DNA of 63,999 bases, filler included, from Chrysochromulina tobinii (Eukaryota), in assembly GCA_001275005.1 (NCBI GenBank). It is 9 parts of 9 records of this genome, joined end to end, with 100 filler letters (N's around TTAATTAATTAA, not from the genome) between each part and the next. Parts side by side here need not be neighbours in the genome. Positions count along the whole stretch, not along the records: positions 1 to 7,054 come from JWZX01000510.1; positions 7,155 to 19,079 come from JWZX01000512.1; 7 more parts are not named here. One strand, given 5' to 3'. Under the pieces are notes generated by a model that did no database searches, was not told the origin of the DNA, and saw only the letters and a list, made by a program, of their open reading frames with translations. Of this stretch, positions 1 to 9,981 are shown in pieces. Position numbers and translations under genes: made by a program. The first letter of the stretch is position 1. Each line of letters begins with the position of its first letter.

Positions 1-3000
1 ACGCTAAGACCCACGTCGCCTCAATCATGATCCTCGTGGGCCACCTGCAGACGCTCACCATCATCGGCCGCTTGCAGCTTGGCTGGCCTCTCGTCATCCA
101 GGAGATCCTCGCGAGCATCAACCTGCCGCTCATTAGCTACATCCCGTTGCCGTGCATCCTGACCGACCCGGTGCTCAAGGCGCTGCTAAGCTACGCGGAG
201 ACCGCCGTCGTGCTGCTGCTGCTCGTGGGCGCTTGGCTTGTCGCGTGGCGCCGGCGCAAGGCTGCGACCCACGCGGCGCTCAAGCGAGAAGAGGCCCAGA
301 AAGCTCTTGAGGCGGGAACGGCGGATGCACCCAAGGCAAAGGCGAAGGTGCCGGCGAAGGCGCTGCTCAGGACGGCGCTGCTCAGGGCGGTGGGACGGTG
401 CTGGTCGGTGGCGCAGGAGGTCGCCGCCGATGCCGACAAGGCGAAGGCCGCTGCCGACAAGGCGAAGGCCGCTGCCGACAAGGCCAACACCGCCGCCGAC
501 GACGCCAGATACTTTCTGTGCGTGCTCTTTAGCCTGCTCTTCACTGTCGGCCTCCGTGTGAGCGCGTCACTCTTCATGCGCTACGACGAGGACCAGACTC
601 GGCTGATCATCGCCCGCCTCGTGGCGTCGCTCCTTCCGCTCTTCCTGCTCTTCCTGCTCCGGCGCTTCCACTGGCTGCTGCGCGAGGCCCGAGGGGCGGC
701 GGAGAAAGCGGCGGCGGCGGCGGCGGCGGCGAGCCGTATCGGGCTGGGTGAATACGTTCTCGTGAATGGCAGGCGTGGCAGGATCACGACCGACGATGGG
801 ACCGGTGACCTTTACAAGGTCACCTTTGACAACGGGGAGGTGAGCGGATGGCTCTACCCCTATGATGTGACTCAGGATGCGACTCGGGCTACGAAGCCTC
901 AGTCTGAGGCGGCGAGGGCTGCGAGGAAAAAGGCTGTGCAGCTGCAGAAGCAGGCGCGCGGCGCGGAGGAAGCGGTGCGCTACCTGACCGAGCGGTACGC
1001 GAGCGACGACTCGGGAGGCGTGCGGTGGCCGCTCCGCTCGCAGTGGCAGCTCGTCGTGTGGGCGCGGCAGGGGCTCCTCTTCCTCGTGTCCTTCGCCATG
1101 GACTGTGTCATGTGGTTCTCACCATTCGAGGCGCACCGGACCGCACGCTACGTCTTTGCCGCGCTTGCGATCGCGGTCCTTGGCGGCTTCTGGTGGCTGC
1201 AAGCCCATCGTCAGCCGTACACGATGCGTCAGCAGCATTGGCTCGAGGCCTTCCTCTACGCCGTCGACATCCTCGCCATCGTCGGCGCTTGCGTGTACGG
1301 CGCACTCACGCACGACGGCGCGGTGCAGGACGGGCCCATGCGGCTGGCGCTCGAGCTGGGCCTTGGCGCGCTGCTCGGCGCCTCCGTGCTCGTTGCAGTG
1401 CTGGTCGTCGGCGTCGGCATCGCGAGCGAGCGCCAGTTAATTCGAAAAGCGTTGATTGACGAGACCGGGATCCAGTTAATTGACGAGCCGATCGTGGCCG
1501 CCATCCGAGATGGTGCAGTGCGCTTGATCGACATTAACTGGCTGCTAGATTCGCGCTCGGATGGGCAACTGCCGCGCGTCACCAAGGTGGTGGCACGCCT
1601 CGCTTCCAACGAGCCGACGAGCGTTCTGACTCGACGGTTGGCGACGCACTGCGGGACCTCGTCCATCTGCATCACGGTAGAGACGGCCTCGGCAGCTTCG
1701 CCGTCGCCGCCTCCCTCTCCTCCGGAGGTGGCTGCCCTGGCGGAGGTGCACCTCGAGGATTGGTCCTCCCTTGGGCATGTGACGCTCAAGAGTACAGTTG
1801 TCGTCAGCTTCCACCTCAGCACGTTTGAAGAGGCCGCCACGCTCACCGCAGCCAACCTGCGCCGCAAGGCCGAGACGGTTCGCGACAGGCTGGCTCAGCT
1901 CCCTGAGCTCGAGAGAGTCGAAATTGTCATCGGAAAGCCCTTTCTGCCACACTGCCAGAACATGCCGCCCGAAGCCTTCCTGCCGCCTAAGCACGCCGTG
2001 GCCCTCTATGAGCGGCGGCGACGCGGCGTCAAGGTCGTCAGCTATTGTTGGCGTATCCCTGGCATGCCTGACCCCGATGGTTTCACCCTCGAAAAGATCC
2101 GCGGCTCCCTCCTACAGGTGATGGGGGGCGGAGACGGCAACCACGGTCTCTTCGTGGACTTTGCCTGCATCCCGCAGTCGTTTGCGTGGCCGTCGTGGTA
2201 TGCCCCGGAGGTGATCATCGGGCGCTTAGGCGCCGAGGCGCGTCAGGGTCCACCTACCGTGCTCAAGTTTGAGAGGGAGCGCGTCGCCACGGAGAACGAG
2301 GCGCAGGTTGGCGTCGACGAGCTCGTCTCCCTATGCGAGGGGAAAAAGTGGGAGCTGGCCTCCATTGCGGACTTTGAGAGCCTCGGCCTGAGCAAGCACG
2401 TCAGTGTGCTCTTCCACGGGCGTTACCATAACGGCGCGTACCGCTTCGACGAGGGAGCATCTGCCGAAGGCTACGTACGCTTCCGCACGGCTGACGACGC
2501 GAAAGCAGCACGTCAAGATCCCGAGCTCAAGCGCATGTGCGGCGGCAAGGAGCCACAGCTGATGGGCGAGCACGTCTTCGAGAATGAGCTCAAGTTCAAG
2601 CGCGGCCTCTCTGTCATGGGCAGCCTCTATGCGTCCACCACAGGCACCTGCGTGCTGCAGCTCACGAACCCGCCTGGCAAGCTCGGTCACGACTTCCCGC
2701 CGAGCGAGCTCGTCTCTGAGCGCACGGGGACCGTTTTCGTCGTTCAAGACGAGTCGCTCAAGGACAAGTCGCTCGAGGAGCTGCAGAAGTTGCTCGGCAA
2801 CAGCGTGCTGGCCTGCGAGAAGAAGGGGTCGACGGGTGTGGTAGTGGTGCGTGTCCTCGGCGAGAGGGCGGCGCGCGCCGTGCGCTCGCTGAACGAGCGC
2901 GGCTACCCGCTTCAAACGAGCGCGGCTACCCGCTTCGTCGCAAGGATCACGTGCTACGTACGCTCGCTTCGTCGCAAGGATCGCGTGGTGTACCCAATGT

Positions 3001-3710
3001 ACAACTTGCGGCCGTACGCCTCGCGCGGGTGGCCGACCTTTGAGGCGTCCGCCGCCTCTATTGTGCTCGCGCACCTCAAGAAGCGCGAGCAACGAGGCCG
3101 GGAGCTTTCGGACGAGCTCAAGCAGGCGGAGGCGAGCGGTTCCAAGCTCATCAATATCGACGTGATTGGCGCCCCGCGTGTGGTGGAGGTGGTCGCGCAG
3201 TCGCCGGGGCGCCTCCTCCGCGTGTGCAAGAAGAACCTGCGCTCCGAGCGGATCGTTTTCTTCGGGAGCGACAGGAAGGAAGTCGTTCAGCTGCTCTTGG
3301 ACTTTGAGGACTCGATCGCTGTCGAGGTTGACCAGAAGCGCGCCAAGCACCTCAAGCTCACGACGGAGGACCTCGTGCGCGCGCGCAGGTCGCGAGACCT
3401 CAAGCTGCTGCAGCGCCTCACCGTCAACGAGGAGCCGATGCCCACCCAACACGTGTCCGTGCCGACACGCACCATCCACGTCGTCTCGGTGGAACTCGAA
3501 CGGCATGGCTCAGGGAAGATCGAGACGTGCCGTGACAAAGACCTGCGAGCGGCCAACATGGTCGATGGATTGATCAGCACTTTTCGCGCTGCCCTTTTCA
3601 CTTCCCGGGCCGACGACAGAGACTTGAATACACAGAAAGGTTCCTCAGGGCAGGGGGTGACGTGCGTGAGCTCCGAGGAATTTACAGACTCCGAGGAATT
3701 ACGGATATAG
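1..3710 (+). CDS. Multi-pass membrane protein with C-terminal HET/TIR-like domain (5' truncated; frame open to window start)
   Basis: About 7-8 hydrophobic helices in the N-terminal ~470 aa, then motifs VRLIDINWLL, VVSYCW..PGMPDPDG (SYCW at 2040-2051), LFVDFACIPQ, FKRGLSVMGSLY and PYASRGWPTFE, which match the HET-like motif series also seen in two other genes here. Confidence 0.7.
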   Translation, partial: AKTHVASIMILVGHLQTLTIIGRLQLGWPLVIQEILASINLPLISYIPLPCILTDPVLKALLSYAETAVVLLLLVGAWLVAWRRRKAATHAALKREEAQKALEAGTADAPKAKAKVPAKALLRTALLRAVGRCWSVAQEVAADADKAKAAADKAKAAADKANTAADDARYFLCVLFSLLFTVGLRVSASLFMRYDEDQTRLIIARLVASLLPLFLLFLLRRFHWLLREARGAAEKAAAAAAAASRIGLGEYVLVNGRRGRITTDDGTGDLYKVTFDNGEVSGWLYPYDVTQDATRATKPQSEAARAARKKAVQLQKQARGAEEAVRYLTERYASDDSGGVRWPLRSQWQLVVWARQGLLFLVSFAMDCVMWFSPFEAHRTARYVFAALAIAVLGGFWWLQAHRQPYTMRQQHWLEAFLYAVDILAIVGACVYGALTHDGAVQDGPMRLALELGLGALLGASVLVAVLVVGVGIASERQLIRKALIDETGIQLIDEPIVAAIRDGAVRLIDINWLLDSRSDGQLPRVTKVVARLASNEPTSVLTRRLATHCGTSSICITVETASAASPSPPPSPPEVAALAEVHLEDWSSLGHVTLKSTVVVSFHLSTFEEAATLTAANLRRKAETVRDRLAQLPELERVEIVIGKPFLPHCQNMPPEAFLPPKHAVALYERRRRGVKVVSYCWRIPGMPDPDGFTLEKIRGSLLQVMGGGDGNHGLFVDFACIPQSFAWPSWYAPEVIIGRLGAEARQGPPTVLKFERERVATENEAQVGVDELVSLCEGKKWELASIADFESLGLSKHVSVLFHGRYHNGAYRFDEGASAEGYVRFRTADDAKAARQDPELKRMCGGKEPQLMGEHVFENELKFKRGLSVMGSLYASTTGTCVLQLTNPPGKLGHDFPPSELVSERTGTVFVVQDESLKDKSLEELQKLLGNSVLACEKKGSTGVVVVRVLGERAARAVRSLNERGYPLQTSAATRFVARITCYVRSLRRKDRVVYPMYNLRPYASRGWPTFEASAASIVLAHLKKREQRGRELSDELKQAEASGSKLINIDVIGAPRVVEVVAQSPGRLLRVCKKNLRSERIVFFGSDRKEVVQLLLDFEDSIAVEVDQKRAKHLKLTTEDLVRARRSRDLKLLQRLTVNEEPMPTQHVSVPTRTIHVVSVELERHGSGKIETCRDKDLRAANMVDGLISTFRAALFTSRADDRDLNTQKGSSGQGVTCVSSEEFTDSEELRI

Positions 3711-3931
3711 GGGCGATCTCTTGGAAGGGGAAGCGGGCGCGCAGAGGCCGTTGTGCACACAGGTCGAAAGGTGGCCGGGCGTAATCATGTCGTGCTGCAT
3801 GCCGAGTACCGAGATGCGGGGCCAAGCGCCAAGGGGTCCTGTTAATCCTGTGTTCGCTTGCTGCCCCAGGTTGGCATCCGGTTTCATTCGATTGCGTCGT
3901 CGTAAGTATAGAGCATCTCTTACGATTCGCA

Positions 3932-3945
3932 CCCTAACCCTAACC
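3932..3945 (+). repeat. Short interstitial telomere-like repeat (CCCTAA)2
   Basis: ccctaaccctaacc; only two units. Confidence 0.3.
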
Positions 3946-4015
3946 TAGCCTGCACACATTGCTTTTGGATCCCTTCTTCTCGAACGTAAGCTCGTTAAGG
4001 GATTGAATGTTATAG

Positions 4016-4112
4016 AATGCCGCGGGAGCTCGCCATGGCGCGAGCCCCCTATGGTACAAAATGCTACCAAAATGCCGCGGGAGCTCGCGCCATGGCGCGA
4101 GCCCCCTATGGT
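4016..4112. repeat. ~40-bp direct repeat pair; second copy contains a perfect 20-bp palindrome
   Basis: aatgccgcgggagctcgc(gc)catggcgcgagccccctatggt at 4016 and 4071; gctcgcgccatggcgcgagc at 4083-4102. Confidence 0.85.
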
Positions 4113-5170
4113 CCACACAGTAACACGGTCTGAATCACGGATACTGGTGGTGATGGGGATGGTTGTGGGTTCACCAAAAACTGCACGCGCTACGCAGCGT
4201 ACGAGGGTGCGCGCCGGCTGGTTCTGGTCTCCGCATTGGGAGTTTCCGATCCGTCGGCGGATTTCCGCGCTATGCGCGCATATCGGCGCCTCCGGTCGTG
4301 CCTGTACCCCCCCCTTGCCGGAGCGCTCCCCACCGTATCCCCCGGCTGGTGGCGGGAACGCGCCCTGCGCGCTCTGGTTCCTATAGCTCGCCGTGGATAC
4401 CTTCACCCCGGCCGAACCGCCCTTGACTGTAACCTTGCCCGGCGAGATAAAGACAAATCTGACGCAGAAACAACCATTGTTATTTGCTCGTGGAATGTGT
4501 CAGGTGTCGCACAAATTGGGGAGCACGGCTCCCCAGGTGTTTTGAACCGACGGAGACAGACACATGTAAGTGCTCCGCAGCCATGAGTGTCCTGTTGCGT
4601 GTTGGGGAGTTCCTCTTAGGAATTTCCTTCGTGGGTTGATCGTGAAAATTGCGAGCGGACTATACCTTAAGCGGGGAGAAAGCTTAAAGAATGCCGTCCA
4701 CCCTGTCGCCCTCGCCTTACACCCTGCCATACCACCCCCCCCCCGAAAAAGATGGTCCCCTCTTTCAGCTTGTGCCGTGCCGCGTCGGGAGCGCAGAGAA
4801 TCTTAAAAGCAAACGGGGGGATCTACGGCTGCATCTCCATCTTCATCGACGTCCGCCCGAGCTGCGTGACATGCTACATAATGCCCAAGCTTCGTCAAGT
4901 TCGAGAAAGACAGGGGAGGGGGGAGCGAGAGCACAGCCATCATAGTGTGAGCCCGGGCCGCAGGGGGATTCGCTGAGAATCGGTTGCTCGAGGGTCCCCC
5001 GGATGGAATGAAGATTGACGACGGTACTCATCATTCATAATGAATCGTAGTGAGTCGAGCGTGTGTGTACATGTGCCCGTACAAAGACCGGCTGGCAATC
5101 ATGGTGGTGGACACAAAAGAGAAGGTCTTGGTGCGAAAGGATTGCATTGACTTCGACTACACGCCCCTCC

Positions 5171-5226
5171 ATCTGGAGGGATCTGGAGGGATCTAGTTGG
5201 GATCCGGTGGGATCTGGTGGGATCTG
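5171..5226. repeat. Degenerate 10-bp tandem repeat (ATCTGGWGGG-like)
   Basis: atctggaggg atctggaggg atctagttggg atccggtggg atctggtggg atctg. Confidence 0.8.
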
Positions 5227-5716
5227 AGTTAAACATTTAACCTATAGGAAATTAAACGCCTGTTGTAAGACGAGAAGTTTTCTCATCCTGGGATCCTCTC
5301 GCACGCTCCAGGCCCTCCTTTCTCATTGTGAATGGGGGCTCCACACGCGGAGCGTGAGGAGACCGGTGTGCCTGGCTTATCTTTGACTCCCCTGTGGGGA
5401 AAACGTAAAGGATCGCGTTTCTCAGAGAGGGAGAATGTAAAGGACCGTTGACGCGGGACGCGGCATCGGCCGCACGCAGGGAGTGCGACGATTCGGAGAG
5501 AGACCGAAGAGGCCGACCGGATCACGAGGGAGCGTGATCTCGCGCGGGGGGAACAGTGAGAGCCGTTCTGTGTCGCCCGCCTGAACAGTGACGGGGCGAG
5601 CAAATGTTGTGTGAACTGGGAAAGTATGAATAGGGGCGACGTCGCGGAAGTCACGTCGTCTCTCAGACATCAGTGCACCGACTCGGGCACAATCCACGGC
5701 CCTGCGTGCGACACTC

Positions 5717-7054
5717 ATGTCGTACAGCTTTCTCCTCGCGCTCATGACGGTCTCCACTCGACTCGATCCGCTCCCCGATAATGCCACTCAGGCCCGTTTT
5801 TCATCCCTGCAGCAGCGCGACAACTCGTCGCTTGCTGCGGCAGCAGCCACGGTAAGCAGCGGCTCTTTCATCGCCGATTTCATAGCCCATGGCACTCAGT
5901 GGACGCGTGAGGCTGCGATGGGGCTTACCTCTCACAACTGCTCTCTCGATGGCATGAAGCAAAGCCACTGGGCGAAGCAGCGTGCCACCGTGTGGTATTT
6001 CATCGACCCGGCCATTCGATTCATCGAGGAGCTCGTGGCCTTCAATGCGTTCAACCGCGACAAGGACGGCGCGCTCTCCATCCTCGTAGTTTTGAATTGG
6101 TTCCTCACTAATCCTTGCCTCTGGCTTTTCGTGGTATTCTCCGCTGTGCTTTTCTTCATCACCTCGTGCACCAAGATCCTCAGGCTCGTCGCCAGGGCCG
6201 CCAACCGTGGGTGGAAGAAGACGGAAGTTGTGCTGCTGGCGGCCGGAGCGGCGACGGAGGGAGAGGCGGCGTCGGCAGAGGTGGTGTCGGCAGGGGCGGT
6301 GGCCGAGCCGACGAACGTCGAGATCATCTCCATTGTTGACGTGATTGAGCTGGCGGCAGGAGAGCGACTGGCGGGGATTTTGCGCGTCCGAGGCGGCATG
6401 GGTGCGGGTGCCTCTGCTTTGACCGACGAGAGCCCAGACGCGGACATCAAGGCTGCCTACGAAGGTGCATCGGCGCAGGAGCGGTCGGTGTTTCTCGTCG
6501 ATGTGGGCGAACAACACAAGAGGAAGCTAGTGAGTCTCGGCCTTGACGTGCCGGAGGCAGCTCCATCTGGCCCCTTCGCCGATCGCCCATCGCACGCACC
6601 GCTTTCAAAGAAGAGGGCGTCCGTGCAGCTGAGCGAGCACAAGGCGCTCCCGCTGCTTGTGGCGCTCGACAAGCCGCTCGTCGACGCGCTCCGCTCGAGC
6701 GCCGTCAAGCTCATCGACGCCGACCGCATCCGCGACGGCACCATCACGAAGATCATGCGCCGGCAGGACCTCGAACGCCTCGAGCGCGAGCGTGGAGTGC
6801 GGCTCTTCTTGTCGCCCGAGCGCTCGATCGAGGTGCACGGCAGCTACGAGCGCGAGATCGCCTCGCTGACGTACGGCTGGGACACCCCCGATGGCGACGA
6901 CCCGACGGGCGAGTACCTGGCCGCGGTCCGCCGGTACCTGCTGAGCGCCTTGGGCGAGCACGTGAGAGGCGTCTTCTGGGACTGCCCCTGCCTGCCGCAG
7001 GAGCCGCGCAGCGCGAGCGAAGAGGCGGTGTTCGGCGAGGCGCTCGGCGTGATG
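5717..7054 (+). CDS. Membrane-associated HET/TIR-like domain protein (3' truncated at contig end)
   Basis: Hydrophobic segment, then LRVRGG|MGAGAS, then VKLIDAD, RRQDL, SLTYGWDTPDGDDPTG and VFWDCPCLPQEPRS..E..F..AL.VM; same motif series as 1..3710 and 20158..22641. Confidence 0.7.
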
Positions 7055-7154
7055 NNNNNNNNNNNNNNNNNNNNNNNNNNNNNNNNNNNNNNNNNNNNTT
7101 AATTAATTAANNNNNNNNNNNNNNNNNNNNNNNNNNNNNNNNNNNNNNNNNNNN
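7055..7154. other. Artificial contig-joining spacer
   Basis: N44-ttaattaattaa-N44 (stops in all six frames). Confidence 0.98.
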
Positions 7155-7297
7155 CCCCCTCTGTACGACCCTCCCCCCTGTTGCATGTTTTGTCCGACGC
7201 AAGTTCCGTCGATTTGGAAAATTAACAAGGGGTGGATGTCACCTGTGATCAAGTTCCGTCGAAACTCAATTAACGCCGTCGGACGTCTTCGTGTGAT

Positions 7298-7325
7298 TGA
7301 CTTGACTTGACTTGACTTGACTTGA
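7298..7325. repeat. (TTGAC)n pentanucleotide microsatellite
   Basis: tgacttgacttgacttgacttgacttga; same motif at 33245, 33549 and 34638-34680. Confidence 0.9.
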
Positions 7326-7409
7326 ATTGACTGTGATTCACGGCTGACTAGTCGCCAGGCTCGGCGCCACGCTCGTGAGGCACCGCCATTGGCGCTTCTG
7401 GGCGCTCCG

Positions 7410-8303
7410 ATGGTAGTGGACGCTGCCATGGGCGCTGCGGGGAGGGCCGCGATGCCGGTGGCGACGGCGGGCTCGTCGCAGGACGCTGCCGTGGGCGCTG
7501 CCGTGGGCGCCCGCGAGCCGCTTGCGAGCATGCTGCAGGATGCCCTCGAGGTCATGCGCGGCGCCTTCGTGGACGCAGCCTCGTACAGCGCAGCCCTCTC
7601 CTTGCTCTACAAGTATTGTGCTAACATCCTCTCCAACCCGTCGGTGGACAAGTTCCGCGTGATTCAAAAGTCGAATGCGCGCTTCCAGAATGCCATTGGG
7701 CAGCATGCGGCGGCACGCCAGGTGCTTCGTGCCGTCGGCTTCGTTGAGATCTCGGCCGGAGCTGCGCAGGACGGCTTCCTTCACCCTTCCCGCCTCCGCG
7801 GAGTTGAGCAAGCTGACCCTCCTGATGACGCTGATGACGCCGGTGATGGCCGCATTAACCGTCGCCACGACGGCGCCTCCCGCGCCCGTGGACGAGCCAC
7901 CGATGGCCGACGCCGCCCTGCTGCAGGAGGCCCTCGAGGTCATGCGCGGCGCCTTCGTGGACGCAGCCTCGTACAGCGCAGCCCTCTCCTTGCTCTACAA
8001 GTACTGTGCTAACATCCTCTCCAACCCGTCGGAGGACAAGTTCCGCGTGATTAAGAAGTCGAATGCACGCTTCCAGAACGCCATTGGGCAGCATGCGGCG
8101 GCACGCCAGGTGCTTCGTGCCGTCGGCTTCGTTGAGATCTCGGCCGGAGCTGCGCAGGAGGCCTCCTTCACCCTTCCCGCCTTCGCGGAGTTGAGCAAGC
8201 TGACCCTCCTGATGACGCTGATGACGCCGGTGATGGCCGCATTAACCGTCGCCACGACGGCGCCTCCCGCGCCCGTGGTCGGGCCGATGGCTGACGCCGC
8301 CCT

Positions 8304-8348
<45 letters not shown>

Positions 8349-9544
8349 CAGGGCGCCGCCTCCGCCGTCGTCGTCGCTCACGACGGCGCGTCTCGAGGAG
8401 CCGCCGAGTGCGAGCCAGCTGCTCACGACGGCGCGTCTCGAGGAGCCGCCGAGTGCGAGCCAGCTGCTCACGACGGCGCGTCTCGAGGAGCCGCCGAGTG
8501 CGAGCCAGCTGCGAGCGTCGACGGGCGGCATGACACTCACCGAGGCCCATGTCGCTACGCTCCGCCGGCAGAAGCTCCTGCCTCGCCCGGAGCTCTCTGT
8601 GCCACGTCAGCTGCTCGTGCTTCGGCCGGGCGAGGGCGTGGCCGCGCCGCCCCCTGAATTGAAAGAGGAGTTGCCTGAGGATTATTTCGAGCTGACCGCG
8701 AATGACGTGAGCGCCATGTCGCTCGCGGGCGCGCCGGGGGGCGCCGCCCGGTACGGCGCGGCGATGCAAACCAAGGCGATGCGAGAGCTCCGGCAGCTCG
8801 AGGCGATGAAGGAATACTCGCACGCTCTGATCCGGGTGCGCCTGCCGGCCAGCCTCTCTGAATGGCCTCTGAACTGCCTGTAAACTGCCTCTGATGGCGT
8901 GTGATGGCCTATGATGGCGTCCGATGGCGTCTTACTGCGGCGTCTTACTGCGGCGTCTGACTGCGTCCGACTGCGTGCAGGTACGGCTGCCAGGCGGTCT
9001 GCTCGTGCAGGCGGCCTTCCACCCCCAGGAGCCAGTTCAGAATGTGCTCACCCTCGCACTCTCCTGCCTGGAGGAGCGCGTTTCGGACGTGTCGCTGCGC
9101 CCATACCTCTTTACGACCCCACCGCGGAACGTGCTGATCATGCAAGCATCGTTGGCGGAGGCGGGGCTCGTGCCTGCCGCGACGGCGATCCTCGCGTGGC
9201 ACGCGCCGCTGCCCGCACCCCTCGCAAGCCTCACCGGCGAGGCCCTCCTGCGCCCCTTCGCACTCGCCCTGCTGAGCGTCGCGGCCGGTACCGGTACAGA
9301 CGCGCCTGTGCCGGTCGCCGCCTTCCCCACAGCCAAGGAGGACGCGGCGGCTGCGAAGGATGAATCGAGTGCGGCGCGCGCGAGTGCCATCGGCAAGCGC
9401 CTCCTCGGCGGCGGCGCGAGCGGCACTGCCGGCGGGAGCGGCAGCGCCGTGTCGAGCGCGACCGGTACGGCCGGCGCGGAGGGCGCGTCCTCCTCAAGCG
9501 CGGGGGATGCCAAGACCGGTAAGCCCAAGTGGCTCAAAATGTGA
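7410..9544 (+). CDS. PUB-UBX p97/Cdc48 cofactor (UBXN6/ASPL-like) with duplicated PUB domain, a frameshift near 7772 and an intron at 8836-8980
   Basis: PUB motif LLYKYCANILSNPSEDKFRVIKKSNARF..AVGF twice; ELPEDYFELT; UBX motif IRVRLPGG..VQAAF.PQE..YLFTTPP..SLAEAGLVP; C-terminal KPKWLKM; GT-AG intron joins the frames; three 45-bp repeats at ~8377-8511. Confidence 0.85.
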
Positions 9545-9981
9545 GGGGAGGGTCGTCGCTCCCACAGTGACTCCCTCAGGGGGGGTCCCTGTGGGAGATC
9601 GAGCGCACGCCGCACGGCCGCACGGTGACTTGCGAGGCGCGCAGCGGAGGATTCGCGTTCGGTCGCGGGTCGTGCATGTTCGTGACGGATGACGCAGAGC
9701 GGGACCGGACCGGCGAGAGATCGTGTAAAAAATGTCGGGGTGATCAAATCTCGATTCTCAAATCAATGTGACACCGTTCGACGAGACAATGCACATTTTC
9801 CGGAGATGAAACTCTGCCGACTGCCCTGACCCTCCGTCGGTGCGCTCAGACACGCACTCGCACGTCACACCTGTCACCTCCACGACTGGACCAGATCTCC
9901 AGTTCACACTCACATGGTAATCCCCGAACGGTTTTCATGTGAGGGCTTCTTGCCACTTACTCAGAGTACGCATGGATCATT

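Noticed and set aside
7055..7154. Recurring TTAATTAATTAA motif
   Set aside because: Artificial linker centred in N-runs at all eight joins; gene neighbourhoods across them are not real
9559..9598. Hairpin after the PUB-UBX stop codon as terminator or SECIS
   Set aside because: No SECIS quartet/AAA arrangement, no in-frame UGA in the gene, and intrinsic terminators are not expected in a eukaryote
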